This document shows positions 27,449 to 38,264 of a DNA stretch of 60,096 nt, one piece after another. Numbering within the stretch: position 1 is the stretch's first letter; each line of letters begins with the position of its first letter. The notes beneath the pieces are model-generated. The model searched no databases. It was not told the DNA's origin and was given only the letters and a program-made list of their open reading frames with translations. Source of the DNA: a virus (lineage: Duplodnaviria > Caudoviricetes). The position numbers were made by a program, and so were the translations under genes. The stretch lies in IMG/VR virus record IMGVR_UViG_3300047548_000544, positions 1 to 60,096 of that record; one strand, given 5' to 3'.

Positions 27449-30400
27449 TTATGCTATTGAGATATCACTATTTTCAATAAACGCTTTTTCATTACTAGAA
27501 ACAGGAATTCTTTCTTCAGATGGAACTGGAGTAATAAACGTTACTGCGGCAACACCATCGATGTTCTTAACTCTTACAATGATATCAGAAAGGATAACAT
27601 CTTGACCAACACCTAAGCTATCAACATAGTTAATGATCGCAGAAGTAATCTCATCGCTGATCTCACTTAAGTTAACACCATCTTGAGTTGTAACATCAAT
27701 CGCTACTTCAACTCTTCTTGGTAGAGGAGGAAGAACTTCAATTAAGCTACCAACAGCTTTTCTACCTGGGAAGTTAACTGCATCTGGTTCGAAACCATCA
27801 ATGATATGTTGAACTTTACGAAGTAGACCAGTGTAGTACAAGTACCCATCGACACCAGTAACAACATCTTTATTATAGTTCATTTTACCTAGAGCTTTAA
27901 TAGAAGAGACGTTTGACTGTCCCCACTTGTAAGCTCTGTTACCTGGACTTAAGTAGATGATACGTCTATTAGGATTAAACTCATCGATTGCGATGTGGTG
28001 AATCTGCTTAATAGTTGTGAATCTGTTTTCAAAGTCTTCAGTTATAGAGAATTTAGTGTTTGCAACACCTTGGATAACATTTGTCTCAGCAATACCGTTA
28101 GCGTTCTTAACTCTCAAGAATACTTTACCATCAGATGCATTAGTTCCCCAAGCATCGATAGTGAATGTTCCAGAGTTAACAACTTCAAACCAGTTAGCAT
28201 TTGTGCTTTCAGTAATGAAGATAATATCATTAGTCTTAACAGAGTCACCTTCGTAAAACTTGATATCTGCTTCATTTTCTAAGTACATACCTGTACCAAT
28301 TGCAGAGTTCTGATCTAGAGAGATACCTTCAGAAACTGAAGTTACACCATCATAGTTTCCACCAAGAGTTACGATTGTGGCTGCACTAGCTGCAGCGTTT
28401 AAAGCTATAACTTGTCTATACTTAGTATCATCATCTGTTAACTTCTTAACCCATGTTCCAACCGCAAGATTAGAGAATGAACCAGCTGCACCAGTGATCT
28501 GGTCAGAGTTAGATATCCAAGTAACTGGAATCTGGAAGTTATTGAAAGCAACAAGAGTATTAAGCTCTTCTTGAGCATTAGAATTCTTGTAGATAACTGA
28601 AGTATCATCAACACCAAGAACAATAAATTCTCCTGAGTTGATAGCGCCAAAAGTTGTACCACTTATAGAAAGAACGTCATCAACAGCAACACCACATGAT
28701 TTAAACAGAGGACTATCTCCATCATATACTGAAAGCCTATTCAATCCGTTATATCCAAGAGCTTCGATCTTATATCTAGTTCTTGTATTTCCAGTTTTAA
28801 GTAAGAATCCAGCTGGTTGTAGTCCAACAGAGTTGGCGGCAGCAGTTGCATATGTAAATTGATTTAATCCTAAGACTGCAATTACAGTACCAGTTCCAGA
28901 ACCAGGCACACTTGGTGCTGCTCCAGTAATAATATCAATAACAGAGAATGTATCTCCAACATTAAGCTTATGTGGTCCATTAGTTGTTGCTGTAGCTACG
29001 TTAGAAGTTACAGACACAGAAGTAATCTCTACTCTTGAAGAGTGACCTAGTTTCCACTCAATTATAGGAGTAGAAGATATTAAGATTTGAGATGCAGCGC
29101 TGATTGCAGTAGATGCCATTGCTATACCACTTGGGTTAACAACATCAAACCACTTAGAAGCAGCATTTACTTTTACGATTGGATATCCACCAACGATAGA
29201 ATCACCAGCATTAAGAGATTTATTAGAGTTAGACCATCCAGTTAAAGTTCCAATTGGATTAACAAGGTTACCTTCTCTAACAGAGGCTAAACTAGCAGCA
29301 GGGCTAATATCAGTGTTGAAATCACTTGCAATACCAAAAGTCAATAGAGCAGAAACGATCTTGCCCATGATCATGTTTGGAGTATCAGTACTTAAGATAT
29401 TTATCTCAACTTTATTAGTGGCAGATAAGTATGTAGCTCCAGATGGTAATGTGCCAGCATTGTTGATATCAAAGTTGATAGCATATGTATCACCAGCAGA
29501 GTTTCTGAAAGTAATATAATCAGCTTGAACTGGTTGACCAATCATTGTAATTCTAAAAGACAATGGAGTAGAAACCGTACCAGGATTAATTACACTGATA
29601 ACTGTATTAGTAGCTGAACCCAAAGAACCAGCAGCATTGTATGCACCAGGTTGAGCACCAACTGTACCAACAGCAACATCAGTTAAAGAAACAGAACTTC
29701 CACCATCAGAGTGAGTCCATCTCCAAACGATTCCTGGAGTTGGATAACTTGTAGGATCTATTCCGTTAGCATCAGCAATAGTGATATTAACATATTGATC
29801 AAAGTTAGTTGCCTTAGCGTTGTATCTGTACTCAAATGTATTATCATTGATTTTCACTACGTTCATACTATCTGTCCCAATCTGACGATTGAGTCTTTCG
29901 ACACCGTGCTCGTTTTCTAGAACAACGTGTTGTCCTGGAGAAAGAGTGTTAGGAGAAGCAGGAATCTTTACTTCTAGATAGTTATCTCCACCATCAGTGC
30001 TGATTTGTGCATCGCCAATCAATTTGAAAGAAGCATCATTAGCTCTACCGCCGACAATCTCGATAGCTCCGTTAGATCCAAGAAGTTGAGACTTCAATTG
30101 GATTTTCTTTCCAGAGTTAGAGATATCAACATCAGAAACAATATCTAATTGAGATAGAGCTCTCTGAGTAAGTTGGTGCTCAATGTTATCAATAGTAATT
30201 GGAACAAGTTTAAACTTCTCACCAACAGAACCATCAACGTTAGTTGTTGTATCCATTGCATAAGCGGGTGAAGCTCCACTTAATAAAAGAGGAATCTTTA
30301 ATTGGAAGTTAGGGTTAGGGTTTTGGAAAGTTAATACATAACTTATAGAGTCATATAAACCAACATCTTCATTAAGTCCACTTCCAGGGTTTGGATTGTG

Positions 30401-33400
30401 TCCGTAAGCAAGTTGATCTACAACTACTGAATTCTCTTCTCTTGTGGCTTTATTAAATGTACCAGCAGTAACTACTACAGCTTCAAGAATCTCTCCTTCA
30501 TTGATTTTAGCAACGATAGCACTTGTAGCAGTGCCAGTTAATGGGTAGGCATAGATATTAGAAACAATGTTAACTGTTTCGAAAATATCGGCAATACCAG
30601 GAGTAATTAGGGTGAAAGTAAAACCAGGAGTTGGCGATCCGTTGAATCCTTGTGCACTTGGTCCATTGTCAGTATTTGTTACAGTAATTAAACTTAATGT
30701 ACCACCGCCATTAGTTGCGGTAGCAAAAGCAGGATCGTTTAAGATTGCAGCTGCAGTAAGTGTTGCCATGTTAACAGCAGAAGCACCTGTTGCAGGATTG
30801 ATTTCCCAAGATCTTGTTGTGAGTCCAATTGCTGGCTCAATAGTTCCACCGTTGTTCATGTCATACCAGAACTTAACTGTATCTCCGTTTGGAGCGTTAA
30901 GAACGAAGTACGTTCCGTCTTTGTTGTTGGCAACATCGGCAGTACATTGAACTGAATGAATAGCTGGGTTACCAACGATAGTTGCAACTCCATTTGGATT
31001 GTAAATATCGATGGTTCTATTGACATCACTCTTTGCGTTAATTCTAAATGTTCCAGAGTTAGCAGCAGAGAAACCAGAAGCTTCTAAGATAGTGATTGTA
31101 TCACCAACGTTGATGTTGTTTACTGTGGCAGTAACTGGGAATGTAATTCTATAGTTATAACCACCTAAGCTAGTTACAGTGAATTGATCACCTGGAGCGA
31201 TATTAGTAATAACAGCTGGACCAGAACCAAATGTATAAGTAACAAGAGTTTCATTGGCAGAGTTAGTGTGAGATATAGTACTTGCTAGGTTTACAGAACC
31301 AGGATAGTCTATATTGAATCTTACTTTATCACCAATTGGTCCGTATTCTTTAGCTCTTAGAACGATACTTGCACCGTTAGATACGTAGTAGTTTCTAGCT
31401 TTAAACCAAACAGCATAATCATTGAAGTTAGCATTAGATTGAGTAGGTAAAGTTCCCCATACGCTCAATGTCCCAAAATCTATTCCTACTTCATTATCTG
31501 CATCATTAGCAGAGAAGGCATAATTCGTTGGGTTGAAAATTGACATCTGAGAACCAGTATTGATTTGACCAGTTCTAGAGAATGAAATATCGATTGTCTT
31601 AGCAACTGCATCATTGTCAATAATAGCAACTAAGCTATCTTCAGCTGAGAACTCAAGATTCTTAACAACTTGATATTCATCAGAGACATTGTAATCCATA
31701 AGAGTTCTAGGAATCGCATTACGTGTTCCTACGTTGTTATTGTCAATGATTGCTTTAATTTCTCTAGTTTGTTGCTTGTTCTGTCCAGATGTAATTGCAA
31801 GAGCATCATCATAAGATAGATCAGCATTGAAGCTTGCATTAGTATCTGTAAGAGTTTCAGAGTATGTACCAGAACCATCTTTACTTGGCTCAACAGCAGA
31901 AGTTAAAGATCCTCTTGTATCCGTGTAAGTATATCTATCTAACCAAACTGTGTCGTTTTCTGGAGCTGTTCTTTTGAACATAGTGAAAACGTCAGAGTCT
32001 TCTACTTTGTTAGCAATATGAGAAGTAGTTCCAGTCTTCTGGATTCCACCTGTTTCAAATAATTGAGTAGACGCACTACCTACAGCAACTGGCACAGCGA
32101 TTGATCCACCCTCTTCAGTTATTGATGTCATCTTAATGAAGTTAGTTCTAAATACGGAAGCCGAAGCACCGCGAATATTATCAATGATAGAGTTAACAAC
32201 ACTTTGAATAGAAGCAGCAGCTGGATTGGCAGTCATAGTGCCTTTCCAAAGTTGAGGATATTTATCAGAATAGAATGCTTGCACATCTAAACTATCTTGT
32301 ACAGAGTAAGGTCCACCAACAACCATATCGACGTTTACAACTTCAATATAAGTATCAGTTCCATCAGTTGTGTGTTCACCTTTAGAAGTTACTTTGAATA
32401 GACCACATGATTTGATGTCTACCCAATTACCAGTACCAGAGTTGTCGATATCTCCACGATTAGTAATATAAACATAATCGTTAGGTTGAATTTCTCTAAG
32501 AGCACTAGCACTAGATGCCATAACTCTCATAATGTTAGAACCTTGATTAGAGATAGTAATTGTAGAACCAACAGCAAGGTTGATCGTTCTAGGATCTACT
32601 CTTGTTGCATCTACTACTATAACCATTTCAGAAGGTCTATTGTTCCCGTCAGTTGATAAGTTAAAATTACCACCAGAAGCAGAACCAGAGACAACATTTC
32701 CTTTAGTATCAGAAGAACCAGCAGAGATTACATCTCCAGCAGCAGTAGCTTCTTGAAGTTGGATGTTACCATTTTGTCTATTTAATGCGAAGTCAGAATC
32801 TTGTCCGATAGATGAAAGTTCAGCTCCGCCGAACATCTTTTCTAGATAAGTACCACCAGCAATTTCAATTGCAGAAGCAGAACCTTCTCTGTTAGAAGTA
32901 AGGATAAGTCTTCCTGTTGTAGAAGCTGTAGCTGTAATACCAGCAAATTTATTATTGAAAGCTGTTACCCAATCAGTGATGTTAATTGCATTGAAGTTCT
33001 TTCCACCGAAGTCAGAAACATCAAAACTTCTATCTTGATCAGGTGTTCCATCAACAGAGATGATAATGTTTCCAGTAGAAACAATATTCCAAGTTGAGAA
33101 TGGGTTAGAAATTACAGCAGCAGACTTTTGAACTTCTCTAAGTCTTACATTATTCTTGTAAAGAGCGATATAAGAGAATTCGTTCACTGGGAACTTGAAT
33201 TGAGTGTTAGCATCCAATAGACTGCTGTCAGAAACTACTTGAATAGTCTCGGCTTTATAGTCAACAGGATATATTAGGATCCTTGTTGAGTCAGCTGTTA
33301 GTCTTGCTTTGAAAAGTATTGCTTTATCATTGATAGCAACAACCACTTCAGAAATAGTAGCAGTACTAAGACTTCTAAAATCTTCTGCAGAGAATACAAC

Positions 33401-34582
33401 CGCTTCTTCAACGTCATCAACAAGCACTTTGAATTCCATTCCGTCCAATAGTAAGAAAGGAGCTTCAGCATTGTTTACCACCTGTGGTCTAGGAAGAGGA
33501 TAGTTTGCAAGTTGTAGAAACTCTTCGTTTCCACTAGCACTTGCCACTAGTAAGTCAACTGATTGACCAGAATAAGAAGGTTCAAATCCATTCCCATCAT
33601 CAACGTAGACGATAGAAGGTTGACCAATCTCAGCTGGTTCTGTAATTACGGCAGATGCTACCTGTTTCCCTTCTGTCTCATCAGAAACGCCGTCTATTGA
33701 TGCCAAGATCGATCTCTTAGTTCCTCTCGCTAATGTAGAAGAATATGCTTTGATTCTGTTTCTAAACACATCATCAGATTCAGTATCGTTACCGTTAGTG
33801 AATGAATTAGTGTTAGTAATCAACGCTCCATTGAATGGAGGAGTATTAAAGATTGTGATTGTATTGATACCGGCATTACCAGCAGAACCAGCATTAATAG
33901 CTGTAACTGGAACTTGAGTAACTGTATCTTCACCAGCTGGGATTACAGCATCTCTTAAAGTTAAATACTTAACTTCAGGTGAAATATTGTTAGCGGCGAT
34001 CTTAACAGTTGTTCCCGCAGAAACTAAACGATCGCTTGTTCCTTGACCATCAACAACTAGATCAGAAAGAAGATGATCTTTTTCTAAAGCAGAAGTAAGT
34101 TGAATAGTAAAGAATGTTCCATTGTTTACAATAGAAGTATAAGCTAGTGGACCTTCGAAGTTAGGAGTTCCTCTTCCAAGATAAAGTGTACCAGTTTGAG
34201 ACCATTCAGATGCATCGTTAACATATAGTAAAGAAGTACCAACGATTGGAGCTGGCTTTACTGGATATAGTGTTGTACTTCTTTTAGTGATAGTACTGTC
34301 TGTAATTTTTACGAAACCAGAAGCTTTAACTGCAGTTCTTCTTACTAGTCCATAGTTAGAAGCGTAGGCATCAAGGTCATTATTTCTAAGAGCATCAATG
34401 TTTAATAGTTCAAGAACGTTTAGGATAGCAGTGTTATTTTCAAAGTCGTTAGCTGCAGCAGCTTCTAACAATGTTAGGATAACAGAACCTTTGTTCAAGT
34501 CGTTAGCTGGAGTATCAGCGATGATCTTACGAATCATAGCTCCTAAGATTTCATTATAGCTATTGATATTGATGTTTGCCAT
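27449..34582 (-). CDS. Giant baseplate J-like (gp6) wedge protein
   Basis: N-terminal LDAYASNYGLVRRTAVKASG..AINAGSAGN..ESDDVFRNRI..ARGT. C-terminal AIINYVDSLGVGQDVILSDIIVRVKNIDGV. About 1900 aa lie between the two. Confidence 0.85.
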   Translation of the reverse strand: MANININSYNEILGAMIRKIIADTPANDLNKGSVILTLLEAAAANDFENNTAILNVLELLNIDALRNNDLDAYASNYGLVRRTAVKASGFVKITDSTITKRSTTLYPVKPAPIVGTSLLYVNDASEWSQTGTLYLGRGTPNFEGPLAYTSIVNNGTFFTIQLTSALEKDHLLSDLVVDGQGTSDRLVSAGTTVKIAANNISPEVKYLTLRDAVIPAGEDTVTQVPVTAINAGSAGNAGINTITIFNTPPFNGALITNTNSFTNGNDTESDDVFRNRIKAYSSTLARGTKRSILASIDGVSDETEGKQVASAVITEPAEIGQPSIVYVDDGNGFEPSYSGQSVDLLVASASGNEEFLQLANYPLPRPQVVNNAEAPFLLLDGMEFKVLVDDVEEAVVFSAEDFRSLSTATISEVVVAINDKAILFKARLTADSTRILIYPVDYKAETIQVVSDSSLLDANTQFKFPVNEFSYIALYKNNVRLREVQKSAAVISNPFSTWNIVSTGNIIISVDGTPDQDRSFDVSDFGGKNFNAINITDWVTAFNNKFAGITATASTTGRLILTSNREGSASAIEIAGGTYLEKMFGGAELSSIGQDSDFALNRQNGNIQLQEATAAGDVISAGSSDTKGNVVSGSASGGNFNLSTDGNNRPSEMVIVVDATRVDPRTINLAVGSTITISNQGSNIMRVMASSASALREIQPNDYVYITNRGDIDNSGTGNWVDIKSCGLFKVTSKGEHTTDGTDTYIEVVNVDMVVGGPYSVQDSLDVQAFYSDKYPQLWKGTMTANPAAASIQSVVNSIIDNIRGASASVFRTNFIKMTSITEEGGSIAVPVAVGSASTQLFETGGIQKTGTTSHIANKVEDSDVFTMFKRTAPENDTVWLDRYTYTDTRGSLTSAVEPSKDGSGTYSETLTDTNASFNADLSYDDALAITSGQNKQQTREIKAIIDNNNVGTRNAIPRTLMDYNVSDEYQVVKNLEFSAEDSLVAIIDNDAVAKTIDISFSRTGQINTGSQMSIFNPTNYAFSANDADNEVGIDFGTLSVWGTLPTQSNANFNDYAVWFKARNYYVSNGASIVLRAKEYGPIGDKVRFNIDYPGSVNLASTISHTNSANETLVTYTFGSGPAVITNIAPGDQFTVTSLGGYNYRITFPVTATVNNINVGDTITILEASGFSAANSGTFRINAKSDVNRTIDIYNPNGVATIVGNPAIHSVQCTADVANNKDGTYFVLNAPNGDTVKFWYDMNNGGTIEPAIGLTTRSWEINPATGASAVNMATLTAAAILNDPAFATATNGGGTLSLITVTNTDNGPSAQGFNGSPTPGFTFTLITPGIADIFETVNIVSNIYAYPLTGTATSAIVAKINEGEILEAVVVTAGTFNKATREENSVVVDQLAYGHNPNPGSGLNEDVGLYDSISYVLTFQNPNPNFQLKIPLLLSGASPAYAMDTTTNVDGSVGEKFKLVPITIDNIEHQLTQRALSQLDIVSDVDISNSGKKIQLKSQLLGSNGAIEIVGGRANDASFKLIGDAQISTDGGDNYLEVKIPASPNTLSPGQHVVLENEHGVERLNRQIGTDSMNVVKINDNTFEYRYNAKATNFDQYVNITIADANGIDPTSYPTPGIVWRWTHSDGGSSVSLTDVAVGTVGAQPGAYNAAGSLGSATNTVISVINPGTVSTPLSFRITMIGQPVQADYITFRNSAGDTYAINFDINNAGTLPSGATYLSATNKVEINILSTDTPNMIMGKIVSALLTFGIASDFNTDISPAASLASVREGNLVNPIGTLTGWSNSNKSLNAGDSIVGGYPIVKVNAASKWFDVVNPSGIAMASTAISAASQILISSTPIIEWKLGHSSRVEITSVSVTSNVATATTNGPHKLNVGDTFSVIDIITGAAPSVPGSGTGTVIAVLGLNQFTYATAAANSVGLQPAGFLLKTGNTRTRYKIEALGYNGLNRLSVYDGDSPLFKSCGVAVDDVLSISGTTFGAINSGEFIVLGVDDTSVIYKNSNAQEELNTLVAFNNFQIPVTWISNSDQITGAAGSFSNLAVGTWVKKLTDDDTKYRQVIALNAAASAATIVTLGGNYDGVTSVSEGISLDQNSAIGTGMYLENEADIKFYEGDSVKTNDIIFITESTNANWFEVVNSGTFTIDAWGTNASDGKVFLRVKNANGIAETNVIQGVANTKFSITEDFENRFTTIKQIHHIAIDEFNPNRRIIYLSPGNRAYKWGQSNVSSIKALGKMNYNKDVVTGVDGYLYYTGLLRKVQHIIDGFEPDAVNFPGRKAVGSLIEVLPPLPRRVEVAIDVTTQDGVNLSEISDEITSAIINYVDSLGVGQDVILSDIIVRVKNIDGVAAVTFITPVPSEERIPVSSNEKAFIENSDISIA

Positions 34583-34584
34583 AT

Positions 34585-36189
34585 TTAGCCCTTATTTATA
34601 CTGAAGGTAACAGGTAACAATTGACCTGATCCCGCTAATTTTACTATTAAGTTAATGTTAATTACAGTTGGAAAATTGCTGTCTACACCTGTTCCATATG
34701 TAATATCTAAAGTATCTATGCTAGCAAATCTTTCATCTGCTTGTATCATCTTGCTTATTGAGTTTGTAAGTATTTGTCTAGTTAATGCAATGTTAGCATT
34801 TGTAAGTCCAACTACTGGATTCAATCCAAACTCTGGGTGTCTTCTAAGTTCACCAGCTTCTACCATCATCTTAAGTTTAATAGCTTGAACAGCATTTGTC
34901 ATAGCATAACTAAGTTGAAGGTCACCAGTTGAATTAAAATTAAGATCACCATTCTCATCAATATTCAAATCTACTTTCTGTCTCTTGTCCGTCCCATCAC
35001 TTCCCTGCAGAAACCATGGAGTATCACTTTTAGATGTATCATCTAGAGGTAAAGTAGATGGAATCATTATATAGAAACTAGAGTTAATAGTGTTAGGTTT
35101 AAATACTCTAACATAAGCACTCTCACTTAGTTTATACCTATCGAGATTGCTTTCCCCTGCCAGTTCTATAATAATTTCACCAGATATAGGCACTTGAGTT
35201 ATGTTCTGTATAGTGCGTTGCTCTGGGAATGTCTGAGTTGTCGATTGAAGTAAAACAACTTGACCAATTGAAAGTTTATCAATGTTTAGGTTGTTATTAA
35301 TATCTGTCTCTGCAATGTTAATCTGGTTACCACTAGCATTAGAGATTAAGAATAGTCTTTCTCCAACCTCATCAATATACGGAGCTTTAAGTCCGTTAGT
35401 AATAGCGATATCAATCCACTTATCTGGAGAGTCTAGAGTTCTAGCTGCAAGAGCTTGAAGATCCTCACCATAGTTCAACTTAGTTAAGTAACCAGATGAA
35501 TAACTCTGAATATCGATAGCTGGATTATTAGCATTAGACTTAGCTAATGCGAATGGATCAATAGTTGCTGTGCTCAATGAGAAAGAGTTAGCCAATATAA
35601 AGTCTGTAGACTTAATAGCTTCTTGAAGCTGATACATCTTATTGATATCTTTATTATTGATATCAACTCTTGCCTCTAAAGGACTTCTATTGAATACTCT
35701 ATTGTAATCAGGATCAGTTGTTCCATCTCTGTCAGCAATCTGGTCTCTTTCCTTAGCAAGTTGATCTCTGATCGCTAGGAAGTCTCCACGTGTGTATGCA
35801 TTAACTTCTCTTTTCTTATTCTCAACAATCTGTCTCTCTTCATAAGTTAAACTTACAGAGTTGATAGTCGTAGAGTCAAATATAGAATAGAACCTAGGAA
35901 TAATATCTGAGTTCTCAAATGGATTCTTATTGGTCTTGCTATTTCTTTGTGACTCAACAAACTCAGAGAAGTTATTGATCTGAGTCTGTAGCAACTTAGG
36001 ATCAGAGTAGGTCTTCATAAGTCCAAGATATTTATCCTTAAGGAATTCCCAGTTGTCTCTGAAGTATGGCCATCTTAAACGAATGATCTCAGTGATGTCA
36101 GAAAGATATAACTCTTCGTTCCCAGTAACTTTGTACCAGAGATCAAGTCTTGATAAACCACTCAGTGATCCTTCAAAATCTAATGCCAT
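34585..36189 (-). CDS. Baseplate protein with a LysM-like segment and C-terminal gp25/gpW-like domain
   Basis: GEDLQALAARTLDSPDKWIDIAITNGL (LysM/gp53-like) and NAVQAIKLKM..GEL.RHPEFG..ADERF (gp25-like). Confidence 0.7.
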   Translation of the reverse strand: MALDFEGSLSGLSRLDLWYKVTGNEELYLSDITEIIRLRWPYFRDNWEFLKDKYLGLMKTYSDPKLLQTQINNFSEFVESQRNSKTNKNPFENSDIIPRFYSIFDSTTINSVSLTYEERQIVENKKREVNAYTRGDFLAIRDQLAKERDQIADRDGTTDPDYNRVFNRSPLEARVDINNKDINKMYQLQEAIKSTDFILANSFSLSTATIDPFALAKSNANNPAIDIQSYSSGYLTKLNYGEDLQALAARTLDSPDKWIDIAITNGLKAPYIDEVGERLFLISNASGNQINIAETDINNNLNIDKLSIGQVVLLQSTTQTFPEQRTIQNITQVPISGEIIIELAGESNLDRYKLSESAYVRVFKPNTINSSFYIMIPSTLPLDDTSKSDTPWFLQGSDGTDKRQKVDLNIDENGDLNFNSTGDLQLSYAMTNAVQAIKLKMMVEAGELRRHPEFGLNPVVGLTNANIALTRQILTNSISKMIQADERFASIDTLDITYGTGVDSNFPTVININLIVKLAGSGQLLPVTFSINKG

Positions 36190-37130
36190 TATGAACCAAA
36201 TCCTTTAGCTGCAGCTACTGCTGAGTATGCTGCGTTCTTAGCTTGTCTAGCTTTGTTTGCAAGTTTAGCTGCAATAGAAGTAGTCTCAAGACCATCAAGT
36301 CCAAGTTCTGCAAGTCTATTACTTACATCTAATTCTATGTCTTTACTATCAGCCGTAGTTAAGTTATACGCTCTCATAGTGATGTTGTAGTTATACAACA
36401 TAGGGTTAGCTGCATCTCTAACCAATTGAAACGATTGAATTGCTACGTTATATTGGTTGTTATCTTTGTAGTTAATAAATACTAGGTTCTTAGAACCACT
36501 ACCAATATTAGACTTACCAGTTGCTACTCTCTTGTGTAATAACAAGAACTTATAGAAATTATGGAAAGCTGCGTAACCAGTTCTTTGTAAGTCGATACCT
36601 GTAGAACCATTGTCATCCCCAAGAAGGTCAGATGCTTGGTTCAATGTATTCTCAATTAAGCTTTGAGTTCTCTTAAAGAAGCCACCCAATGGTCCACTTA
36701 CTCTATTTTTAATAGGAGTACTAGCTCTACCAATTGCCTTAGTTGAGATTGAGTCATTTACTTGATCTTCAACGTTCTTGTAATATCTTGGAGACATACC
36801 AGTCGTACCAGAGATTTGGATGTCGTAGTACCTTTGCTCACTGTGCTCCTCAATTGTACCGTACATAGTTGAAATTACGTTAGTACCAAAATGAGTAGTA
36901 ATATTAAGGTTTGAAGGAGAGATTGGGAGATAGAAGGTTAGACCTCTAAATCTAAAACCATATGGCTTTTGCTTGTACCAGTTCTCTAGAGCCGTACCAT
37001 TAGAGAATTCACTTACTCTATATTCAGCGGTCTCATAGATCTTTAGTGTTTCATTGTCGATCGGTTGACCGTTTCCACTAGTAGAGTTAGTGGTTTGTGT
37101 TGTTCCGAAATAGTTGTCAAATAAACCCAT
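36189..37130 (-). CDS. Baseplate / tube-initiator-like protein
   Basis: FYLPISPSNLNIT..IQISGTTG..FQLVRDAANPMLYNYNITM, plus position in the baseplate cluster. Confidence 0.55.
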   Translation of the reverse strand: MGLFDNYFGTTQTTNSTSGNGQPIDNETLKIYETAEYRVSEFSNGTALENWYKQKPYGFRFRGLTFYLPISPSNLNITTHFGTNVISTMYGTIEEHSEQRYYDIQISGTTGMSPRYYKNVEDQVNDSISTKAIGRASTPIKNRVSGPLGGFFKRTQSLIENTLNQASDLLGDDNGSTGIDLQRTGYAAFHNFYKFLLLHKRVATGKSNIGSGSKNLVFINYKDNNQYNVAIQSFQLVRDAANPMLYNYNITMRAYNLTTADSKDIELDVSNRLAELGLDGLETTSIAAKLANKARQAKNAAYSAVAAAKGFGS

Positions 37131-37166
37131 AATAACTCCCTGCTATACATTATATAACATTTGGGG

Positions 37167-38264
37167 TTATGAGGCTTTAACTTTCAATAGATTGAGTGAA
37201 CTAATGGCGGCATTATTATCGTCAATAAGTGATCTAGTTGTAACTAGTTGACTCTTAGCTGCTTGCAATTTTGCAAAGGATCCGTTGGCTTGATGGAGTC
37301 TTAATTTAATGATACCAAAGAAAACCTCTTCCTCAGTGGATGCTTCTTTATCTAAGAAGGCTTGTCTTGTTGTGACGTGCGCTGGAACACCAGTTGTTGC
37401 TGCAGCTTCTAAAGCAGCTCGCGCTGTTTCCGTAGCTCCAGTAAATGGTTGTGTTTGTCCCCAAGCTGCTGGGTCAGGATTTCCAGTTGCTCTAATAAAT
37501 ACAGCATCAGTTGCAACAGCAGCTAATACAATATTGATGTTAGCAAGAATACCATTCCAATAAGCAAGTTCGGCTGCATCATTTAAATAGATATCAGAGA
37601 CAATAATTAGTATATCTGATTTCCAAGCATTCAATGCAGTTCTTAATAATGCAGGTGCAGTATCTGGTCCATTCCAAACTGGGTCAGCAGCTGTTCCAGC
37701 CGGAGTCCATGTTCCACCAATGATAGCACATTGAGCTTCAGTATTTGGTGTAGCAGCTGGAGTACAGAATGCAGCAGTAGGTAAAGCAGCTCCAGGCCAT
37801 CCACCAGGAAGTGGTTCTCCACTTAGATCTGGGAATGCTTGTAATGCTGTTGCTGCAGGAATTCTTGCAACCGATTCGAGAGGAGAGTAGTTTGCATCTC
37901 TAGCGTAAGCACCAGTCTTAGTTGGTGGAGCTGGAAATGGACTTAATCCATCAAAAGTCTTATCTTGTACTTTAGTTATAGGAAAGTATGGATTGCCACT
38001 AGAATCAAGTGGACCTTGAAAGAATGGATATATCTCTGTTTGAGCAGAAGAATAAACTAATGGTTGCTTACCTGTGAAATGTCTATTCTCTTTATAAGCA
38101 CCTTCTAAAGCAAGCCTAGCATCCTTCTCATCTGAACGATACATTTCATCTAGCTTATTAAATTGTTCTATACTAGCTAATAGATCAGGAATAGCGAGGT
38201 TGAATGCAGCTGTTGCATTCTCTCTTCTAGTTATTTCCATGTCAATCATTTCTAATTTAGACAT
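37167..38264 (-). CDS. Putative structural protein
   Basis: 365 aa, Ala/Pro-rich, coupled to the spike gene. Confidence 0.55.
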   Translation of the reverse strand: MSKLEMIDMEITRRENATAAFNLAIPDLLASIEQFNKLDEMYRSDEKDARLALEGAYKENRHFTGKQPLVYSSAQTEIYPFFQGPLDSSGNPYFPITKVQDKTFDGLSPFPAPPTKTGAYARDANYSPLESVARIPAATALQAFPDLSGEPLPGGWPGAALPTAAFCTPAATPNTEAQCAIIGGTWTPAGTAADPVWNGPDTAPALLRTALNAWKSDILIIVSDIYLNDAAELAYWNGILANINIVLAAVATDAVFIRATGNPDPAAWGQTQPFTGATETARAALEAAATTGVPAHVTTRQAFLDKEASTEEEVFFGIIKLRLHQANGSFAKLQAAKSQLVTTRSLIDDNNAAISSLNLLKVKAS

